DNA from: Syntrophorhabdaceae bacterium
GTDB lineage: Bacteria > Desulfobacterota > Syntrophorhabdia > Syntrophorhabdales > Syntrophorhabdaceae
Direction of reading: 5' to 3'
Assembly (NCBI GenBank): GCA_963665295.1
Contig: OY762209.1
Span: 4,480,001-4,544,000 of the forward strand
Length of the DNA: 64,000 bases
The notes beneath the pieces were generated by a model. It did not search any database. It saw only the letters and a list, made by a program, of their open reading frames with translations, and was not told the DNA's origin. Position numbers and translations under genes: made by a program. This document shows positions 18,652 through 28,607 of the stretch, piece by piece. The stretch's first letter is position 1. The number at the start of each line of letters is the position of its first letter.

Positions 18652-19527
18652 CTACTTCCCTCTTCCTGCGAGGGTCACTATAAGGGACTTCTTCCTCCGC
18701 TGAGACTCTTCAGACGTAATTTCTATACGAGCAGTCCTCTTTCCCTTTCCACCAGGACCGAAAACGACCTGAACTTCGCACGGGACGCCCGCTTCGAGGG
18801 TCGCGCACGTCCCCGAGATACTGAAATCGCGCGCGTGCGGGCCTTTTATCTCCACCAGGCTCGTCATGTCTGAGAGGCCGACGTTTCTAATTAAAAGGGG
18901 CTTCGTGTTCGTTGCGCCGACACTCACTGCCGGGAATTTGAGGGCCGAGGGCGTCACCGCCGGTTTTGGCGCTATCGCATTCGCGGAAAGGGGCACCACG
19001 GTTACAGTTCCCGGATCGTTTGAATAGATAAGAAGTTGCGCCATTTTTCGCCCGTAGGAGTCGGCCTTCAGGCTCACGGGGAGCAGGCACGCCTTGGAAG
19101 GTGATATGGGCGTCACACACGGGTTTACAGCCTTGAATTCCGCCCCGTTCCTCCCTGAGATCGCCACCCTGCTCACCGCGAGATCGGCGCTGCCCATATT
19201 CCTTACCCTTACCGACCTTTCTATGGTCATACCCTTCTTTACGGGCCCGAAAATAACGCACGCCGGCCTTGCCGAAGCACCGGGAGGTTGCCCCGGTCCA
19301 TCAGGCGCTCCCTCGTCATCATCGAGGACGACCGGGCGTTCGTCGGCGACGCCTGAGGCAAAGCCATCCCTGGTATCAACGGAGGTCATGGTCGTCTCAG
19401 CGCCTCCGCCTATTCTGCTCATTTCGACAGCCGCCGTCCTGCCGTCAACCAACTGATCGGCGCACAGGACGGATGAAAAGGCCAGAAGACCGGCAAGGGC
19501 CCCACACCACACTACATCTCTCTTCAT
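18652..19527 (-). CDS. Secreted protein with two choice-of-anchor D / ASH-type Ig-like domains
   Basis: Signal peptide from MKRDVVW; two F....G......VRN.G..DL...C...C...F.P...G Ig-like repeats. Confidence 0.75.
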   Translation of the reverse strand: MKRDVVWCGALAGLLAFSSVLCADQLVDGRTAAVEMSRIGGGAETTMTSVDTRDGFASGVADERPVVLDDDEGAPDGPGQPPGASARPACVIFGPVKKGMTIERSVRVRNMGSADLAVSRVAISGRNGAEFKAVNPCVTPISPSKACLLPVSLKADSYGRKMAQLLIYSNDPGTVTVVPLSANAIAPKPAVTPSALKFPAVSVGATNTKPLLIRNVGLSDMTSLVEIKGPHARDFSISGTCATLEAGVPCEVQVVFGPGGKGKRTARIEITSEESQRRKKSLIVTLAGRGK

Positions 19528-19544
19528 CCCACACCTTTCTTTGC

Positions 19545-19997
19545 CTATTCGATTGTTACATCGAGGAAAAACCGGTTGACGGATTTCTCTCTCCCTTCCC
19601 ACAACCGGTAATTGTACATGACGATCCTTGCGTTGCCGCTTTTCTTCGCCCTGAGCTGCCATAGCCTCATGACGGGCGCTCCGATCCGATCCGATATTAC
19701 CCGCGCCTCTTTGGAGACAATCTCGAAGTGGTCCGTGTCAAAATCCTCGAATTCCCACGAATACCCCGCGCTGCCCAGGGTCTGGAGTTCGATTTGCATG
19801 ACCTCACCCGCTTTCATGCCCACTTCCCTGCCGTTGTCTTTCATGCCCACCGTGACCGCGACCTTCTGACCGGGAAGACTATTCTCCATGGCCATCGCCC
19901 GCGGCACGGGGCACACACAAAGGATTATTCCAAAAGAAACCAGGAACGTGAATATCAATTTCCTTCCCCGCGTCACTAAACCCTTTCTTCCCCTCAT
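19545..19997 (-). CDS. Protease inhibitor I42 (chagasin) family protein
   Basis: DNGREV.MK.GE, AGYSW, IGAP, Y.RLWE motifs; signal peptide. Confidence 0.85.
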   Translation of the reverse strand: MRGRKGLVTRGRKLIFTFLVSFGIILCVCPVPRAMAMENSLPGQKVAVTVGMKDNGREVGMKAGEVMQIELQTLGSAGYSWEFEDFDTDHFEIVSKEARVISDRIGAPVMRLWQLRAKKSGNARIVMYNYRLWEGREKSVNRFFLDVTIE

Positions 19998-20272
19998 AAC
20001 CACCCCTGATGGTTTCCAAGCTCCACTTCGGTTTCATCTGTTTCTCAATCTCTTACGCAGCCCGCAATGGATAATATATCATGATTCACAAGTCTCACGC
20101 CACGATGAATCGGTCTGAACCGCCTTTTTCCGTAACCTTCCAACCCGCGTCACCGACTAGAGAGAAAACGATTGCCTTTTTCATCTGATTTGTTTTAAAT
20201 TGACCATGGGGGATTCTACTAAACTTACATTGGGGTTTTTGACCGGAATAAAAACGCTCACAGGAGGAATAT

Positions 20273-22216
20273 ATGCATAGCAAGAAAACAGGCTTTTTCT
20301 TGACGGCCATTCTGGGACTGATCATATTGCTGCCCTTGACGGCCGGGGCTCGTAGCGCCTTTCCCATTCTTGACAACTGGGTAAACGAAAATAACTTCAC
20401 TACCAAACAACTTAATGCGGTGGCGGATAACGGCGCCGGAACCATGTATGTGGCAGTGGGGAATTCCGGCACGTTCCTCAGTTCGGTTGACGCCAACTAC
20501 TGGAAGGCGACGAGCATCACCGGTTTCACCAAGAATCTCCTGGGCGTGGCCTTCGCCCCCGGCATCGGCACCGGCACCGCGGGGGGCCGGTTTGTCGCGG
20601 TAGGCGACACCAAGACCATCTATTACTCCGACGATGGAGTTACCTGGCTCAGTTCGGTGACCTCCAACCTTGCGGGTAACTTCAAGGCCGTCACCTACGG
20701 GAACGGCATATTCGTCGTTGTCGGCGACAGTGGACGGATTTACAATTCAACCGATGGCATCTTATGGACGCAGCCGCAACCGAAATTCATCACCGGCTCT
20801 ACCCTCTACGCAGTCCTCTGGGTGCCTTCCGAAGAACTCTTCATCGCCGTCGGTTCGGGCTCTACGGTCATGCTCTCCCAGGACGGAGCCCTGTGGGTGA
20901 AGAGCACCATCTCGGGCGCCGGCACCCTCCAGGGAGTGGCCTTCGGCATATCCCCGAATGAGAAGACAGGTAAATTTGTGGCGGTAAATTCGTCGGGCAG
21001 TGTCCTCATCTCTTATGACGGCCTTGTTTCCTGGGCAATCCTCAAACCGGCGAACACAGGCATGATCAGCACCAACCTGCACGGGATCACATACTCTGAC
21101 GGCATGTTTACCACCGTAGGCGATAAAGGGCTGATCTATACCTCGACCGACGCCTTCGGTTGGCAGCTTGCAGGCGTACCGGAGAAAAATACCTCGACCA
21201 CACCCATAAACACCAACATCAGGGCGGTGGGCAATTACAATGGCAGTGTCTTCTATGCCGTGGGCGACTCGGGCATGATCCTCAGCAACACCGATACGTC
21301 CCGGTTCTTCTACAAGTCAGGCACCTCCGGCAACCTTGTGGGGGCGGCTTATGGAAATGGGACCTTTGTGATAGGCGGCCAGTATGGCGACCTCTTTGTC
21401 TCCCCCGACGGCACGAACTGGAGTGAATCGAGATTCACAGCTTTCGGCTCCACCAATCCTCACGTTCAAGACATTACTTACGGAAACGGTCTCTTCGTGG
21501 CCGTGACGGCTGAAGACTGGAATTCCACTATCCCGTCAATTTTCACTTCTCCCGACGGGTTAACCTGGACCCAGCAAGGCTTCCCCACAAATTACGCAAC
21601 CGTGCAATATCAGGATCTCCTGGGCGTCGCGTACGGCCAGGGCCTCACGATCCCCGCGGGAATCTATGTTGCCGTGGGAACCGGGGGCACAATAGTGACA
21701 TCTCCCGACGCCATCAGCGACTGGACACCCACCGCGTCCAATACGAGCTATCACATTTACAGCGTCGCTTTCGGGAGCGATATGTTCGCCGCCGTGGGCA
21801 CAAAGACGATCCTCACATCGACCAACGGCACGACATGGACCAACCTCAACATCAACACGTTTCCGAACTTCGAGAGCGTGGCATACGGCAACGGCAGTTT
21901 CGTGGCTGTCGCGAGCAGCGGCGCAATCTACACTAATACGCCGCCCTCCACAACCTGGATAAAGCAGACAACCGTCGGGGCCGCCCTCCATGCGGTCCAG
22001 TACGGCGAATCCTCGGACTTCACCGGCTATGTCGCGGTGGGTTCGGGCGGTGCCTTATATGTTTCCGCCGATGGTGTCAACTGGAGCAAACAGAAATCGG
22101 GAACCGGGAACACCCTCTACGGGATTACCTTCGGGGAGACCGGCGCCGGCACCAGTGTCTTCGTGGCTGCGGGCTCAAGTTCAGCCCTCATGAAGTCGCC
22201 CGCTCTCACCGACTGA
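20273..22216 (+). CDS. Secreted WD40/YVTN/BNR-like repeat (beta-propeller) protein, 647 aa
   Basis: RBS AGGAGG; signal peptide; about 14 repeats of V.YGNG.FVAVG..G.I..S.DG..W. Confidence 0.88.
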   Translation: MHSKKTGFFLTAILGLIILLPLTAGARSAFPILDNWVNENNFTTKQLNAVADNGAGTMYVAVGNSGTFLSSVDANYWKATSITGFTKNLLGVAFAPGIGTGTAGGRFVAVGDTKTIYYSDDGVTWLSSVTSNLAGNFKAVTYGNGIFVVVGDSGRIYNSTDGILWTQPQPKFITGSTLYAVLWVPSEELFIAVGSGSTVMLSQDGALWVKSTISGAGTLQGVAFGISPNEKTGKFVAVNSSGSVLISYDGLVSWAILKPANTGMISTNLHGITYSDGMFTTVGDKGLIYTSTDAFGWQLAGVPEKNTSTTPINTNIRAVGNYNGSVFYAVGDSGMILSNTDTSRFFYKSGTSGNLVGAAYGNGTFVIGGQYGDLFVSPDGTNWSESRFTAFGSTNPHVQDITYGNGLFVAVTAEDWNSTIPSIFTSPDGLTWTQQGFPTNYATVQYQDLLGVAYGQGLTIPAGIYVAVGTGGTIVTSPDAISDWTPTASNTSYHIYSVAFGSDMFAAVGTKTILTSTNGTTWTNLNINTFPNFESVAYGNGSFVAVASSGAIYTNTPPSTTWIKQTTVGAALHAVQYGESSDFTGYVAVGSGGALYVSADGVNWSKQKSGTGNTLYGITFGETGAGTSVFVAAGSSSALMKSPALTD

Positions 22217-22248
22217 TACAGAAGCAAAGACAGTAGGCATGTTCTGAC

Positions 22249-22276
22249 AGGCCGCCCCACGTGGGGCGGCCTTTTT
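22249..22276 (+). terminator. Rho-independent terminator
   Basis: AGGCCGCCCCA-CG-TGGGGCGGCCT followed by a T-tract. Confidence 0.85.
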
Positions 22277-22554
22277 CACATCTGACGCGCCCCGGCGATC
22301 CCCCGGAAGAGGAATTCGCGACCCCGTCCCGCACCCCGGATTCGTATACAAATCTTCCTGTCACAAGGATCTGTCCCTCTTCGAGAAATTCCTTAAGCCG
22401 TTTTAATTTTCAACCAAAACACCTCCCATTTCCATTTTTGTCCCATGGTGAAATTTGTCCATAATTCCAGTGAACTAGAAATTTATTAAGTTACCCTGTT
22501 CGAAATAAAAGGTTGACAACTCCATGCAGGCTGATTATTTTAAGGGCACAACTT

Positions 22555-23157
22555 ATGATTACCTTTAAAAAAGCTGCTGTAGTTTCCCTGCCTCTTACGG
22601 TGCTTCTTTGTTTTACGTACGGCCACATGACGAACGTGAAACACCTTCACCCCGAAAACAGCAAAAAAGAACAAACCATCCAAAAGATCATCCGGCACAT
22701 TGACAGTGAAGATGTGGACTTCGACGAGGAGGAGCTTCAGAGTATCGCCCGAGTCCTGTACGAAGAGTCAAAACAGAACGAGATAGATTACCGCCTTGTG
22801 TTAGCGGTAATGAAGGTGGAAAGCAACTTCCGGAGCGACGCGGTATCAACAAGGGGGGCGCGGGGGCTGCTGCAACTCAAACCATCCCTGGCCAAGTTCA
22901 TAGCCCGGGATGCGGGAATCAAGTGGCACGGGGCAAAGACCCTTGATGAGCCGGGAAAGAACATCAAGATAGGCGTCCGTCACCTTTCCCAACTCATAAG
23001 TGATTTCGAAAGTCTTCACCTCGCGCTCCATGCATACCACGTGGGTCCGACCCGGCTGCGGGAGATACTTTCGGAAAAACACAAGCCCAACAAGTACTTC
23101 CTGAACCTGGTGCTGAAAGAATATGAGAGGAACATGTCCCTCCTTCCCGCCCCCTGA
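22555..23157 (+). CDS. Lytic transglycosylase (SLT domain) protein
   Basis: VMKVES catalytic Glu, GARGLLQL, NI..G, ALHAYHVGP; the TTG at 22513 is a -35 box rather than a start. Confidence 0.88.
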   Translation: MITFKKAAVVSLPLTVLLCFTYGHMTNVKHLHPENSKKEQTIQKIIRHIDSEDVDFDEEELQSIARVLYEESKQNEIDYRLVLAVMKVESNFRSDAVSTRGARGLLQLKPSLAKFIARDAGIKWHGAKTLDEPGKNIKIGVRHLSQLISDFESLHLALHAYHVGPTRLREILSEKHKPNKYFLNLVLKEYERNMSLLPAP

Positions 23158-23220
23158 GGACCTTTAAAAGCTCCCTGAAAACTGTTATACTAGCGTGTGT
23201 CGGCCCATAATTCATTGTCG

Positions 23221-23376
23221 GCCCCGCGCTCCGGACGGTTCGTAACGCATGTCAGGAATTATCGTCCCAAAAGAGACAACGGCCTACACCGCCGGAGAAT
23301 CCTCCTTAAGGCAGAGCCGGCGAAAAAGGCACAGACTCCCGAGGGACGTTAAAAGAAAAATAGGAAGTGTCGGGGC
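23221..23376. ncRNA. Unassigned rod-like structured element (candidate ncRNA)
   Basis: Nested helices GCCCCG/CGGGGC, CGCTCC/GGAAGTG, CGTCCC/GGGACG, GAG/CTC, GCCT/AGGC, CGCCGG/CCGGCG around an asymmetric bubble. Confidence 0.4.
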
Positions 23377-23412
23377 GCCATATACGAAGTTCTGAGGATA
23401 TAAGACCGTTCC

Positions 23413-26400
23413 ATGTATAATCTTGGCAACACGGGTTTCATCTACATTAAAGGAAAGACAGGTTCCTTCGTCTCCTTTCTCCTCTCAAGGGCAAGCCGGA
23501 AGACCATCCTCTTCTACGACACGGAAGACGAGGCCCTGCTGCTCAAGGAGGAGTTGGAGTTCTTCTCGGAAAAAGATGTCCAGATCTTCCCTCCTTACTC
23601 CGACAAGGTATTCGAGAAGGAGGACGAGATAAAACGAATCGGCTTTCTCTCCCATCTGGTGTCCGACGACGTGTTTTTCGGTCTTTTCCCTTACAGCGCG
23701 ACAACACGCCCCTTGAGTCCCCGTCATGCCTTTCAGGACCGGAAGAAAGAGCTTAAATTCGGAGATATAGTTTTTCAGGAAGAACTTACCGCGTACCTCG
23801 ACGGCGCCGGCTACGAGTTGACCCCTCTCGTGCGCGAGGAAGGTGAATACGCAAAAAGAGGCAGTATTATCGACGTGTTCTCTCCCTCCTCGGGAAGACC
23901 TGTACGGATAGAGTTCCTCGGAGATGAAATACTCTCACTCAGATTTTTCGATCCCCTCTCCCAAAGGTCTCACGGGGAACTGGAAAAATGCGATCTGGTG
24001 CCCGTCAAAGCCGACGATGAGGAAAAAGTTACCATCCAGGATTACCTTGAGGACCACATGGTCCTCGTACACAACGGTCTCCCCCAGGTCCTCGGGGGAT
24101 TGACGGCCCCCGAGTCCGCGGATCGCCGCCTCAAGTTCACTGAGCGCCTTCTGTCAAGCCTCAATATCGATCTCTCGGGAATCGAGGGTGACGAGCCCGG
24201 CACGGTTATCGAGGCGATCTCAAATGACGATTTGAGGCTTCTCTTCGATTCGAAAAGAACCGAAGTATTCAAAAACCTCTCGGAAAAGGTGAAGCAAGAC
24301 TGGGGCCGATATCGTTACGTCTACATATTTGCGAACACCCTGCACCAGGGGGAGCGGCTCAGAGAAATATTCCGCAACTACGATGTTTCTCTGCCCATAC
24401 TGGACAGAGTGTCTTATCCCCCCAAAGAAAGAGAACATGCCATAGTCATAGGGCCTCTCAGAAGGGGTTTCAGGACCTCGGATACCGTGGTTATTACGGA
24501 AGAAGATATCATGGGGCCCAAAAAGAGGGTGGTAAAGAGCAGGAAAACCAACGGCATCGATGAATTCCTCACATCCTTCAAGGACCTCCAGGTGGGTGAA
24601 TGGGTAGTTCATATCGACCACGGCATCGGGGTCTACCGGGGCATTATGGAACTCAAGGTGAGCGGGTGCACGAAGGATTTCCTTCTCATCGAATATCAGG
24701 ACGGCGACAAGCTCTATGTGCCCGTGGACGACCTCCATCTGGTGCAGAAGTTTATAGGCGGAGAGAAGTTCAAACCCAAGGTCGACAAACTTGGTTCGCA
24801 ATTCTGGAAGACCACAAAAAGAAAAGTCCGGAAGCAGGTCGAGGATATTGCGAAGGAACTTCTTGAAATATACGCAGAGAGGGAGATGGCCGAGGGCTAC
24901 GCCTACCCTCCCGAGGACGAAGTTTTCAGAGAAATGGAGTCCCGCTTCGAATACGACGAAACCGAGGGCCAGTCGGAGGCAATCGAAGCAGTCCTTTCGG
25001 ACCTGAAGAAGCCTAAACCCATGGACCGGGTCATATGCGGGGATGTGGGATTCGGGAAAACGGAGGTTGCAATACGGGCCTCTTTCAAAGTGGTTCTGGA
25101 AAACAGGCAGGTCGCCCTCCTCGTCCCCACCACGATCCTTGCCCAGCAGCACTTCAAAACATTTCAGGCGAGGTTCGCAGACTACCCCATCAATATCGCC
25201 ATGCTGAGCCGATTCAAAACCAGGGAGGAGCAGAAGCGTATTGTGGAAGGGACAAAGAAGGGGTCTGTGGATATCATCATAGGCACCCACCGGCTTCTCC
25301 AGAAGGACCTCACATTCCGTGACCTCGGACTGCTCATCATCGACGAGGAGCACAGGTTCGGCGTAAAGCATAAAGAACGACTGAAATTGGCCCAGAAGAA
25401 TGTCGATACCCTGACCCTGAGCGCCACGCCTATCCCGAGAACCCTTTACATGGCGACCACCGGCATAAAGGACCTGAGCGTCATCAATACGCCACCCCTC
25501 GACAGGTTTGCTGTGAAGACGTCGGTGGTGAAGTTCAAGGATCAGCTTATCCGGAAGGCCGTCATGGAGGAATTGGGGAGAGGAGGTCAGATATTTTTTG
25601 TCCACAACTTCATTCACAATATAGGTGTTGTGTACGACCATCTGTCAAAGCTCGTGCCGGATGCGAGAATCGCGGTGGCCCATGGCAGGATGGACGGCAA
25701 GGTCCTTGAAAAGATCATGTTCGATTTCATCGACAAGAAATATGACATCCTCCTTTCCACGAACATCATCGAATCCGGTCTCGATATCTCCAATGTGAAC
25801 ACCATATTCATCAATAACGCTCACCGAATGGGTCTTGCCGAACTTTATCAGTTGAGAGGCCGGGTCGGCAGGAGCACCAGGCAGGCCTATGCCTACCTCC
25901 TCGTGCCGAAAGAAGAAATACTGAAGAAGGATTCCCTCTTGAGGCTTAAGATTATCGAGGAGTTGTCCGAACTCGGCTCAGGTTTCCACGTAGCGAACTA
26001 CGACCTTGAAATCAGGGGCGCAGGGAACCTTCTGGGCAAGGAGCAGTCTGGGAATATAAACCTCATCGGTTTCGAACTCTATTGTCAGATGCTCGAGGAG
26101 GCTATCAACGACTTGAAGAGCGACGGCGTCCCCAGGGAAGCGGAGGTCATTCCGGAAATCAACATCCCCATTGACGCCTATATCCCCGACGCATACATCC
26201 AGGACCCGACGCAAAAGCTTCTCACGTACAAGAGGCTATCGAAAGTACGGACGCCCGAAGAACTCGTCGAAATGGAGGACGAACTGAAAGATCGTTACGG
26301 GGAAATCCCCTCTCCCCTCAAAAGTCTCCTCGAAATCATATCCCTCAAGGGTCTCCTCCTCCACCTCAAGGTGAAGAAACTCGAGTACTCCGCGAAACAG

Positions 26401-26583
26401 CTTATCGTCAACATCACGGAACAGACACCCATAGATATGAAGAACCTCCTTCGCCTCGTCAAAGAGGGCAGAGAGAAGGTCAAGCTCCTTCCCGACGGAA
26501 GGATCATAATGACCACTGAGAAGACAGGCGGGGACCTGATCGCCTTTACGAGAAATATATTGATGCAAATTGTTGCTATGTGA
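23413..26583 (+). CDS. mfd: Transcription-repair coupling factor
   Basis: RID domain VVHIDHGIG, GDVGFGKTEVA, DEEHRFG, QLRGRVGR, TRCF C-terminal domain. Confidence 0.97.
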   Translation: MYNLGNTGFIYIKGKTGSFVSFLLSRASRKTILFYDTEDEALLLKEELEFFSEKDVQIFPPYSDKVFEKEDEIKRIGFLSHLVSDDVFFGLFPYSATTRPLSPRHAFQDRKKELKFGDIVFQEELTAYLDGAGYELTPLVREEGEYAKRGSIIDVFSPSSGRPVRIEFLGDEILSLRFFDPLSQRSHGELEKCDLVPVKADDEEKVTIQDYLEDHMVLVHNGLPQVLGGLTAPESADRRLKFTERLLSSLNIDLSGIEGDEPGTVIEAISNDDLRLLFDSKRTEVFKNLSEKVKQDWGRYRYVYIFANTLHQGERLREIFRNYDVSLPILDRVSYPPKEREHAIVIGPLRRGFRTSDTVVITEEDIMGPKKRVVKSRKTNGIDEFLTSFKDLQVGEWVVHIDHGIGVYRGIMELKVSGCTKDFLLIEYQDGDKLYVPVDDLHLVQKFIGGEKFKPKVDKLGSQFWKTTKRKVRKQVEDIAKELLEIYAEREMAEGYAYPPEDEVFREMESRFEYDETEGQSEAIEAVLSDLKKPKPMDRVICGDVGFGKTEVAIRASFKVVLENRQVALLVPTTILAQQHFKTFQARFADYPINIAMLSRFKTREEQKRIVEGTKKGSVDIIIGTHRLLQKDLTFRDLGLLIIDEEHRFGVKHKERLKLAQKNVDTLTLSATPIPRTLYMATTGIKDLSVINTPPLDRFAVKTSVVKFKDQLIRKAVMEELGRGGQIFFVHNFIHNIGVVYDHLSKLVPDARIAVAHGRMDGKVLEKIMFDFIDKKYDILLSTNIIESGLDISNVNTIFINNAHRMGLAELYQLRGRVGRSTRQAYAYLLVPKEEILKKDSLLRLKIIEELSELGSGFHVANYDLEIRGAGNLLGKEQSGNINLIGFELYCQMLEEAINDLKSDGVPREAEVIPEINIPIDAYIPDAYIQDPTQKLLTYKRLSKVRTPEELVEMEDELKDRYGEIPSPLKSLLEIISLKGLLLHLKVKKLEYSAKQLIVNITEQTPIDMKNLLRLVKEGREKVKLLPDGRIIMTTEKTGGDLIAFTRNILMQIVAM

Positions 26584-26695
26584 TATAACAACCGAAATAG
26601 CCGAAGCAAACATTTGGCTGTAAGATGCAATACTTATCATTTCTACCCACGGCATACACTTACAGCTGATAGGCCTTAAACGATGAGGTGACTGG

Positions 26696-27679
26696 ATGAA
26701 AAAGGTTTGTATACTTCTGTGTGCGGCGTTGCTGATTTTCTCGTGTTCAAAGAAACAGGATAGCAAAGTCCTGGTAACCATGGAGGGAGACAAGATTACC
26801 CTTAACGAGTTCAATCAGGCTTTGGACAAGATTCCAATGAACATGAAAATGCTTGTCGCCACCGAGAGCGGCAAGAGACAATATCTCGACAGTCTGATTA
26901 CAAAGAGACTTCTTCTTCAGGAAGCGAAGAAGGAAAAGATAGACAGCAGCAAGGAGTTTCAGGAAAAACTCGATGAAATCAAGGACCAGCTTCTCATGGA
27001 ATCGCTTCTGAAAAAGAAACTCACCATGGAGGCAAAGATATCCGATGAGGATTTAAAGAAATACTATGACGCTCACAAAGAAGAATTCAAGAAGGATGTG
27101 GAGATCAGCACCAGGCATATCCTGGTGAAAACCGAGGACGAGGCGAAGCAGATTCTGGCCAGACTTCAAAAAGGTGAGGATTTTGTCGATCTTGCAAAGA
27201 AATATTCCATCGATCCCAATGCAAAGATGAGCGGCGGCGAAATAGGATTCCATCCCAAGGGGACCCTCCTTCCCGAGTATGAAGCGGCGGCGTTCAAGCT
27301 GAAAAAACCGGGACAGATAAGCGGCGTGGTAAAAACGCAGTTCGGTTATCACATCATAAAACTCGAAGGAGCCAAGCCACCTTCATACGTACCCTTCGAG
27401 GAAGTGAAGGACTTTATAAAACAGAAGCTGGCTCAGGAAAAACAGAAAGAACTTTTTGAAAAATATGTCGAGGGACTCAAGAAATCCGCCAAGATCACAA
27501 TTGATGAACAGTTGCTGAAAGCCGAAGAGAAACCTCAAACCACAGGGCCTTCCGAGAAACCGGAGGCCAAGCAGGGAACGACTGCGGAACCGGCCAAAGA
27601 AGCTGTTAAAGAAGCTCCCAAGCCGGAGGCCAAGCAGGATAAACCTGCCGCAAAAGAGGAGGGGCAACCTAAGAAATGA
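26696..27679 (+). CDS. PpiC-type peptidyl-prolyl isomerase lipoprotein (PrsA-like)
   Basis: Lipobox IFSC, RHILV, LAKKYS.D, GGEIG, TQFGYHII; low-complexity KPEAKQ tail. Confidence 0.92.
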   Translation: MKKVCILLCAALLIFSCSKKQDSKVLVTMEGDKITLNEFNQALDKIPMNMKMLVATESGKRQYLDSLITKRLLLQEAKKEKIDSSKEFQEKLDEIKDQLLMESLLKKKLTMEAKISDEDLKKYYDAHKEEFKKDVEISTRHILVKTEDEAKQILARLQKGEDFVDLAKKYSIDPNAKMSGGEIGFHPKGTLLPEYEAAAFKLKKPGQISGVVKTQFGYHIIKLEGAKPPSYVPFEEVKDFIKQKLAQEKQKELFEKYVEGLKKSAKITIDEQLLKAEEKPQTTGPSEKPEAKQGTTAEPAKEAVKEAPKPEAKQDKPAAKEEGQPKK

Positions 27680-28602
27680 AAATCTTTACAGTAATTTGTC
27701 TGGTTTTTGCTTTGAGCCTACCCGTATTGTCGCAGGGTGAGGTGGTGGACAGGGTAGTCGCCATTGTGAACGACGATATTATTACACTCAAAGAGACGGA
27801 AAAGTACGTCCCCGTTGAGAAGCAGGGCCAGTTCGTGTCGGTGAACGAATATGTGCGCGGCATAAGACTCAGGGAAAAGATGGACTTTCTCATCGACGAC
27901 CTGTTGATCAGACAACAAGCCAAAAAACTGGCGGTTTCGGTGTCCGATAAGGACGCGGACGCCATCGTGGAGAGTATCAAGAAACAGCACCTCATTACAG
28001 AGGACGAGTTGAAACAGCAACTTGCGAAGGACCATATCAACTACAAGGACTTCTACGACGGCCTGAAGGCCAATCTCCTGCGTACGAGGGTCCTTGCCCG
28101 AATCAATGCCCCGGATGTGACCGTTACCGAAACGGACCTGAGGGACTACTACAACAGGCATCTCGCGGAGTTCAAGGATGAGGAGTACAGGCTATCGCAT
28201 ATTTTCATTTCGGCGAAGAGGCAGGACGCCCAGGTGCGGGCTGTCGCCGCATATGGCCAACTGAAACAGGGGAAGGGTTTTGAACTGGTCGCCAAAGAGT
28301 ACTCCGACGACCCGTCTGCAGATAAGGGCGGCGATATCGGGTACATCCGCAAGGAAGACCTCATTCCCGAATTCAAGGGGGCGGTACATTTTTTGACACC
28401 GGGCTCGTTCAGTCAGGTCCTCCAGTCGAACTACGGATTTCATATCCTGAGGCTGGCAGAGGTCAGGACCGGCGATACCATGCCATTCGAAGCAGTAAAA
28501 CAGAGGATTCAGGAGAGAATCGTCCAGGAGCAGTCGCAGAAACGCTATAAAGACTACATCGACGGTTTGAGAAAGGCATCTTACATCGAGGTAAAGCTCT
28601 AA
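27676..28602 (+). CDS. surA: SurA-like chaperone / PPIase
   Basis: VDRVVAIVNDDIIT N-terminal domain plus one parvulin domain; precedes pdxA. Confidence 0.8.
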   Translation: MKIFTVICLVFALSLPVLSQGEVVDRVVAIVNDDIITLKETEKYVPVEKQGQFVSVNEYVRGIRLREKMDFLIDDLLIRQQAKKLAVSVSDKDADAIVESIKKQHLITEDELKQQLAKDHINYKDFYDGLKANLLRTRVLARINAPDVTVTETDLRDYYNRHLAEFKDEEYRLSHIFISAKRQDAQVRAVAAYGQLKQGKGFELVAKEYSDDPSADKGGDIGYIRKEDLIPEFKGAVHFLTPGSFSQVLQSNYGFHILRLAEVRTGDTMPFEAVKQRIQERIVQEQSQKRYKDYIDGLRKASYIEVKL

Positions 28603-28607
28603 TCCCG

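Noticed and set aside
20273..22216. Periodic repeats as CRISPR or a DGR target
   Set aside because: These are protein-level propeller repeats with divergent DNA; no cas or reverse transcriptase genes in the window
24220..25641. 473-aa minus-strand ORF
   Set aside because: Antisense shadow of mfd
27557..27640. Repeated CCGGAGGCCAAGCAGG
   Set aside because: Encodes the KPEAKQ low-complexity tail of the foldase
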